From assembly GCA_052279835.1 (NCBI GenBank), contig CP181291.1, forward strand, positions 4,928,001 through 4,992,000: a DNA stretch of 64,000 nucleotides, given 5' to 3'. A program made the translations under genes and the position numbers. Source of the DNA: Microcoleus sp. (lineage in GTDB: Bacteria > Cyanobacteriota > Cyanobacteriia > Cyanobacteriales > Microcoleaceae). This document shows, one piece after another, positions 58,185 to 64,000 of the stretch (the first letter of the stretch is position 1; each line of letters begins with the position of its first letter). A model generated the notes under the pieces. That model saw nothing but the letters and a program-made list of their open reading frames with translations. It was not told where the DNA came from and searched no databases.

Positions 58185-59099
58185 ATGGATAGTTTTCTCC
58201 CCATTGCCTACTTTCAAAATCAATTCCTGCCATTTACCGACGCCAAAATCTCCATAGCCACCCACGCACTGCACTACGGAACCGGAGTCTTGGGCGGTTT
58301 GCGCGGAATTCCCGATCCCGAAAATGGCGATCGCATCTTACTATTTAGACTAGACCGCCACTGTCAAAGATTAAGCCAAAGTGCCAGCTTTCTGCAATGC
58401 GATTTGCCCGCCGACAAAATTCAATCAATAATCGTTGATTTTGTCAAAAAAAATCAGCCCACCAAATCTTTTTATATCCGTCCATTTGTCTACACCTCAA
58501 GTTTGGGAATTGCCCCCAGACTCCACAACGTAGACACAGACTTTTTTGTCTACGGATTAGAACTTTCCGACTATTTGCCAAAGGAAGGAGTCAACTGTAG
58601 AATTAGCTCATGGTATCGCCAAGAAGACCGCAGTTTACCCTTGAGAGGAAAAATTAGCGGTGCTTACATCACCTCAGCCTTAGCCAAAACAGAAGCAGTA
58701 CAATCTGGCTTTGACGAAGCTATCATGATGAACAGTCAAGGAAAAGTCAGCGAAGCTTCAGGAATGAATATATTTGTCGCCCGAAACGGTAAATTAGTGA
58801 CACCAGGTTTCGAGCAAGATATTCTCGAAGGAATCACCAGAGACAGCGTAATCACTATCGCCAGAGACTTAGGAATCGAAGTCATAGAAAGACCAGTTGA
58901 CAAATCAGAATTATTGATTGCTGATGAAATATTCCTATGCGGCACCGCAGCTAAAGTTACCCCAATTAAGCGCATCGAAAACTATCATTTACCAAAAGAG
59001 CGACCAATCACTGAAAAGATATTGGAAAAATTGAGTGGAATCATCGAAAATCGCGATCGCAAGTACAAAGACTGGGTATTTCCCATTAGCCTAAATTAA
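58185..59099 (+). CDS. ilvE: Branched-chain amino acid aminotransferase
   Basis: HALHYGT, YIRP, GKISGAY, GFDEAI, EASGMNIF, ILEGITR, GTAA. Confidence 0.93.
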   Translation: MDSFLPIAYFQNQFLPFTDAKISIATHALHYGTGVLGGLRGIPDPENGDRILLFRLDRHCQRLSQSASFLQCDLPADKIQSIIVDFVKKNQPTKSFYIRPFVYTSSLGIAPRLHNVDTDFFVYGLELSDYLPKEGVNCRISSWYRQEDRSLPLRGKISGAYITSALAKTEAVQSGFDEAIMMNSQGKVSEASGMNIFVARNGKLVTPGFEQDILEGITRDSVITIARDLGIEVIERPVDKSELLIADEIFLCGTAAKVTPIKRIENYHLPKERPITEKILEKLSGIIENRDRKYKDWVFPISLN

Positions 59100-59123
59100 T
59101 CCATAATCCACGTATTCCCTCGT

Positions 59124-59365
59124 TTCACTCGTTACCAGGCTCTGGCCTGGTAACGCAGACCCGGAGGCTCTGCCTCCAAATTGCCTTCACTCGTTACCAG
59201 GCTCTGGCCTGGTAACGTAGATCCGGAGGCTCTGCCTCCAAATTTGATGGCAGCCATTCGAGGCAGAGCAAGAGTGACATCGGTTCCCAGGCAGAGCCTA
59301 GGAACCAGTTAATTCGAGGCAGAGCAAGAGTGACATCGGTTCCCAGGCAGAGCCTAGGAACCAGT
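59124..59365. repeat. Cluster of palindromic dispersed repeats (two tandem pairs in inverted orientation)
   Basis: CTCGTTACCAGGCTCTGGCCTGGTAACG...GAGGCTCTGCCTC x2, then GAGGCAGAGC...GGTTCCCAGGCAGAGCCTAGGAACCAG x2; related copies at 16922, 32896 and 43251. Confidence 0.85.
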
Positions 59366-59392
59366 TATCATGCGGCTGCTTCCTGGTACAAA

Positions 59393-60247
59393 CTACCCGC
59401 ACAAAACAGCAGCATGATGCTGAATATGATCCTCGATAAAACTCGCGACAAAATAATAGCTGTGATCGTAACCTTCCTGCATTCTTAAATTTAACACCTG
59501 TCCCGCTTTTGCACAAGCTTCGGCAAAAACTTCCGGCAACAATTGCCCGTCAGTCAAATAGGAGTCTGCCGTCCCACAATCAATTAAAATTGAACCGTTA
59601 TATGGTGCTTTCAGCACTAATTCACTCGCGTCCCAAGCCCGCCAATCCTCCCGATTTTCACCGAGGTAGTGGCTGAATATTTTTTGTCCCAAAGGGGTGT
59701 GCATGGGCGCGCAAATAGGCGCAAAAGCGGAAACTGAAAGATAGCGATCGCTATTTTTTAACGCACAAATTAAAGCCCCATGTCCCCCCATAGAATGACC
59801 GAATATTCCCTGTTTTTCCGGCATGACTGGAAAGTTTTCAGCGATTAATTTAGGTAATTCATCGACAACATAACTGTACATCCGATAGTGAGCATTCCAA
59901 GGTGCGGCTGTCGCATCAATATAAAAACCCGCCCCACTTCCCAAATCCGAATTGTCGTCTTCGCCGGGAATTCCTGTATGGCGCGGGCTAGTATCGGGTA
60001 CGACTAGCATTAATCCATATTTTGCTGCAAATTGTTGGGCTCCAGATTTGATCGTGAAGTTTTCTTCTGTGCAGGTTAATCCTGAGAGAAAATATAAAAT
60101 TGGTACGGGTTGATGTTCGGCTTGTGGTGGTTGGTAAACGGCGAATTTCATTTCGCTATTGCAGGCTGAGGATTGATGGCTATAATAGCCGAGTTTTCCG
60201 CCGCAGCTTTTATATTGTTGGTGGAGTTTTAGGGATGGGGATATCAT
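59393..60247 (-). CDS. fghA: S-formylglutathione hydrolase
   Basis: LSGLTCTEEN, GHSMGGHG, SAFAPI, YDHSY. Confidence 0.95.
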   Translation of the reverse strand: MISPSLKLHQQYKSCGGKLGYYSHQSSACNSEMKFAVYQPPQAEHQPVPILYFLSGLTCTEENFTIKSGAQQFAAKYGLMLVVPDTSPRHTGIPGEDDNSDLGSGAGFYIDATAAPWNAHYRMYSYVVDELPKLIAENFPVMPEKQGIFGHSMGGHGALICALKNSDRYLSVSAFAPICAPMHTPLGQKIFSHYLGENREDWRAWDASELVLKAPYNGSILIDCGTADSYLTDGQLLPEVFAEACAKAGQVLNLRMQEGYDHSYYFVASFIEDHIQHHAAVLCG

Positions 60248-60379
60248 GTGAATTCTCTTTTTTTTGGGGATGGATTTTTTTACCGCAGAGGGCGCAGAGG
60301 GCGCAGAGGAAGAGATAATTGAGAAGTTTGATTTGCTTGTAAGGACTCTGCCAAGATTGCTGGCCCTCTTTGACTTCTT

Positions 60380-61492
<1,113 letters not shown>

Positions 61493-61569
61493 CTATTTTT
61501 GCCGATAAAATTGTCAATTACCTATGTACAATGTATTCTATTACTTTATTTAACAATTCACACAAATTT

Positions 61570-62259
61570 ATGAAAAAAATCATTTTAATTACAGGAGTAA
61601 GTCGCGGTCTTGGTTTGGCGATGACTGAAAAGTTTATTGAGCTAGGACATACTGTTTTAGGCTGCGCCCGTTCTCCTGAAGCAGTGGAAAAACTCAAACA
61701 AAAATATAGCACCCCTCACAATTTTAAGTGTTTGGATGTGGCAGTGGATGCTCAAGTAAAAAACTGGGCAACAGAAATACTTACACATTACTCTCCTCCC
61801 GACTTGCTGATTAACAATGCAGGTGTCATCAATCATCTCGCGCCGCTGTGGGAGGTCAGCAGTGAAGAGTTTTCCCACGTAATTGATGTTAATATTAAAG
61901 GTGTGGCGAATGTGATTCGCCACTTTGTTCCAGCAATGATTGCCCAAAAAAGCGGGATTGTGGTTAATTTCACTTCTGGTTGGGGTAGGTCTACTTCACC
62001 GGAAGTGGCTCCCTATTGTGCTTCTAAATGGGCTATAGAAGGACTTACCAAAGCCTTAGCTCAAGAATTGCCACGGGGGATGGCGGCGATTCCTTTAAAT
62101 CCGGGGATAATTCACACGGATATGCTGGAAATTAGTTTCGGAGAAGATGCTGCGAATTACACGCCTGTCAAAGATTGGGTGCAAAAAGCTGTGCCTTTTT
62201 TATTGAAGTTTAAACCGACGGATAATGGCGTGTCAATGACTGTTCCTGGAGCGCAATAA
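61570..62259 (+). CDS. SDR family oxidoreductase
   Basis: TGVSRGLG, NNAG, YCASK. Confidence 0.9.
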   Translation: MKKIILITGVSRGLGLAMTEKFIELGHTVLGCARSPEAVEKLKQKYSTPHNFKCLDVAVDAQVKNWATEILTHYSPPDLLINNAGVINHLAPLWEVSSEEFSHVIDVNIKGVANVIRHFVPAMIAQKSGIVVNFTSGWGRSTSPEVAPYCASKWAIEGLTKALAQELPRGMAAIPLNPGIIHTDMLEISFGEDAANYTPVKDWVQKAVPFLLKFKPTDNGVSMTVPGAQ

Positions 62260-62303
62260 AAGAGTAGAATTAAGATGATAGTTTAACCCCCAAAATTCCC
62301 CCT

Positions 62304-63365
62304 GTGAACTCCCCTGTGAACCTGTCCCTAACCCCGCCCTCGCCCATCGAAACCCGTAAAGCAGACCACCTCCGGCTCTGCATCGAAGAAGATGTACAAT
62401 TCCGCGAAACTACTAGCGGATTTGAATGCTACCGTTTTACTCACTGCTGTTTGCCAGAACTCGATCGCACTGAAATCGATTTAACTTCCACATTTCTGGG
62501 AAAAAAATTAGCTGCACCTCTGCTAATTTCTTCCATGACTGGTGGCACTGAATTAGCCCAGACTATCAATTATCGCCTCGCCGATGTCGCTCAAAAATAC
62601 AAAATTGCGATGGGTGTCGGTTCCCAGCGCATCGCCATCGAAAATCCTCAACTCGCTGATACCTTTGCAGTCCGCCGCCGCGCTCCTGATATTCTGTTAT
62701 TTGCTAATATCGGTGCAGTTCAGTTAAACTATAATTACGGTTTGGCACAGTGCCAAAAAATTGTCGATCTTCTGGAAGCTGATGCTCTAATTTTGCACCT
62801 CAATCCTCTGCAAGAGTGTGTTCAAACTGAAGGTGATACTAACTTTAAAGGACTGCTGGATAAGATTGCCAAATTGTGCGAAAAATTGCCAGTACCAGTA
62901 ATTGCGAAAGAGGTTGGTAATGGCATTTCAGGAAAGATGGCAAAAAAATTGCTCGCAGCAGGGGTGAGTGCGATCGACATTGCTGGAGCTGGAGGCACTT
63001 CTTGGGCGAAAATAGAAGGAGAGCGTGCCCGTGATGGTAAGCAACGCCGATTGGGCACAACCTTTGCTGACTGGGGAATACCGACAGCCGAGTGCATTGT
63101 CAGTACCCGCGCCGCAGCGCCTGATGTTCCTTTGATTGCTTCTGGAGGCTTGCAGCATGGTTTGGATGCAGCCAAGGCCATCGCCCTAGGTGCGGATATG
63201 GCGGGGCTGGCGAGAGCGTTTTTGCAAGCAGCAGCGGAATCGGAATCAGCCTTAGAGCTTTTGGTTGAGGTTTTAATTGCAGAGATTGCCACAGTGATGT
63301 TCTGTACCGGCTGCGCTAACCTTGATGAGTTAAAACATTCTGGAGTTTTGGAAAGGTTAAGATAG
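62304..63365 (+). CDS. fni: Type 2 isopentenyl-diphosphate delta-isomerase
   Basis: RKADH, SSMTGG, GVGSQR, HLNPLQE, KEVGNG, GAGGTSW. Confidence 0.95.
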   Translation: MNSPVNLSLTPPSPIETRKADHLRLCIEEDVQFRETTSGFECYRFTHCCLPELDRTEIDLTSTFLGKKLAAPLLISSMTGGTELAQTINYRLADVAQKYKIAMGVGSQRIAIENPQLADTFAVRRRAPDILLFANIGAVQLNYNYGLAQCQKIVDLLEADALILHLNPLQECVQTEGDTNFKGLLDKIAKLCEKLPVPVIAKEVGNGISGKMAKKLLAAGVSAIDIAGAGGTSWAKIEGERARDGKQRRLGTTFADWGIPTAECIVSTRAAAPDVPLIASGGLQHGLDAAKAIALGADMAGLARAFLQAAAESESALELLVEVLIAEIATVMFCTGCANLDELKHSGVLERLR

Positions 63366-63455
63366 AAGGATGTTATTGGTTATTTGTTAGTTGTTAGTTG
63401 CTACCAATACCATAACTAATAACCAAGGTCTAATGCTCAATTACCAATTAGTTAA

Positions 63456-64000
63456 ATGAAAGATTTCCTAAAATATACCTTTGCAAGCTTTCTAGGAAGC
63501 CTCCTAGGACTGGTAATGCTGGGCACCCTAGGATTGGGAGGACTGGTAGTGCTAATTGCTGTGGCTGCCTCTTCTTCAAAAGATGCAGGCCCGCAAGTTA
63601 AAGATAAATCTGTATTAGTATTAGATCTTTCTCTCAATATTACTGACAGCAAACCCAGCCGCAGTACCGGGGCTGCCATTGAAGAAGTGCTTTCTGAGGA
63701 TGGTTCGGATACTGTGACGCTGCGTACTGTTTTAGATGCGATCGAATCTGCGAAAAAAGATCCGAAAATAGTTGGTATTTATCTCGAAGGTAATTCTGAT
63801 TCTGGTGGCAGTGGGTTTGCTAATCTCAAAGAAGTGCGATCGGCATTGCAGCGTTTTCGAGAGGCTAAAAAACCAATTTTTGCTTATGAAATGGATTGGA
63901 ACGAGCGAGAATATTACCTTGGTTCCGTTGCCAATACCATTGCTATCAATCCCTTTGGCTCTGTGGAAATCAACGGTTTTAGCAGTCAGACGACGTTTTT
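63456..64000 (+). CDS. sppA: Signal peptide peptidase SppA, long (67K-type) form, 5' part; runs off the window's right edge
   Basis: Not in the ORF track. Manual translation: MKDFLKYTFASFLG...VLVLDLSLNITD...IESAKKDPKIVGIYL...EVRSALQRFREAKKPIFAY...YYLGSVA. Confidence 0.88.
   Translation, partial: MKDFLKYTFASFLGSLLGLVMLGTLGLGGLVVLIAVAASSSKDAGPQVKDKSVLVLDLSLNITDSKPSRSTGAAIEEVLSEDGSDTVTLRTVLDAIESAKKDPKIVGIYLEGNSDSGGSGFANLKEVRSALQRFREAKKPIFAYEMDWNEREYYLGSVANTIAINPFGSVEINGFSSQTTF

Noticed and set aside
59124..59365. Possible CRISPR array (repeated palindromes)
   Set aside because: The units are tandem duplications without unique spacers, belong to a dispersed repeat family seen elsewhere in the window, and have no cas genes nearby.

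Overview
Chromosomal window from a filamentous cyanobacterium (Oscillatoriales, Microcoleus/Tychonema-like; inferred from dense HIP1 GCGATCGC sites, heptamer STRR tracts and gene content). From left to right it holds: the 5' part of htpG; a ~14 kb heavy-metal/copper island (RppB/RppA-type two-component pair, lipoprotein, PAP2, CusA/CusB-type RND efflux, CopM-like DUF305, CopZ, Cu P1B-ATPase, cupredoxin) with three identical ATGAAA-N5-ATGAAA operator boxes and a MerR-type promoter; gloA; a secreted 4-repeat protein; an MBOAT+SGNH O-acetylation pair; clpB; treS-maltokinase; ferredoxin; oxoprolinase; an NPPY methyltransferase opposite a frameshifted heme-oxygenase-like diiron enzyme; then housekeeping genes (K+ channel, tRNA-Thr, pyk, crtR, aroH, sppA, ilvE, frmA/fghA, fni), an intact IS5-family element and a decayed ABC-ATPase/partner pair. 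The most interesting region is 37.0-46.3 kb. There an HTH-AAA_35 (STAND-like) protein and a membrane-anchored AAA_35-TM-WD40 protein sit among two outward-facing operons (pilin-like/desaturase/rhodanese and NfeD/SPFH). Those two promoters share an identical 19-bp block, and together with the HTH gene's own upstream region they carry 11-bp-phased AAGTCGATG repeats. This suggests a kinase-free, STAND-NTPase-based transmembrane signalling regulon. Small palindromic repeats have also inserted in-frame into at least four proteins. All family assignments are from motif recognition, not database searches.
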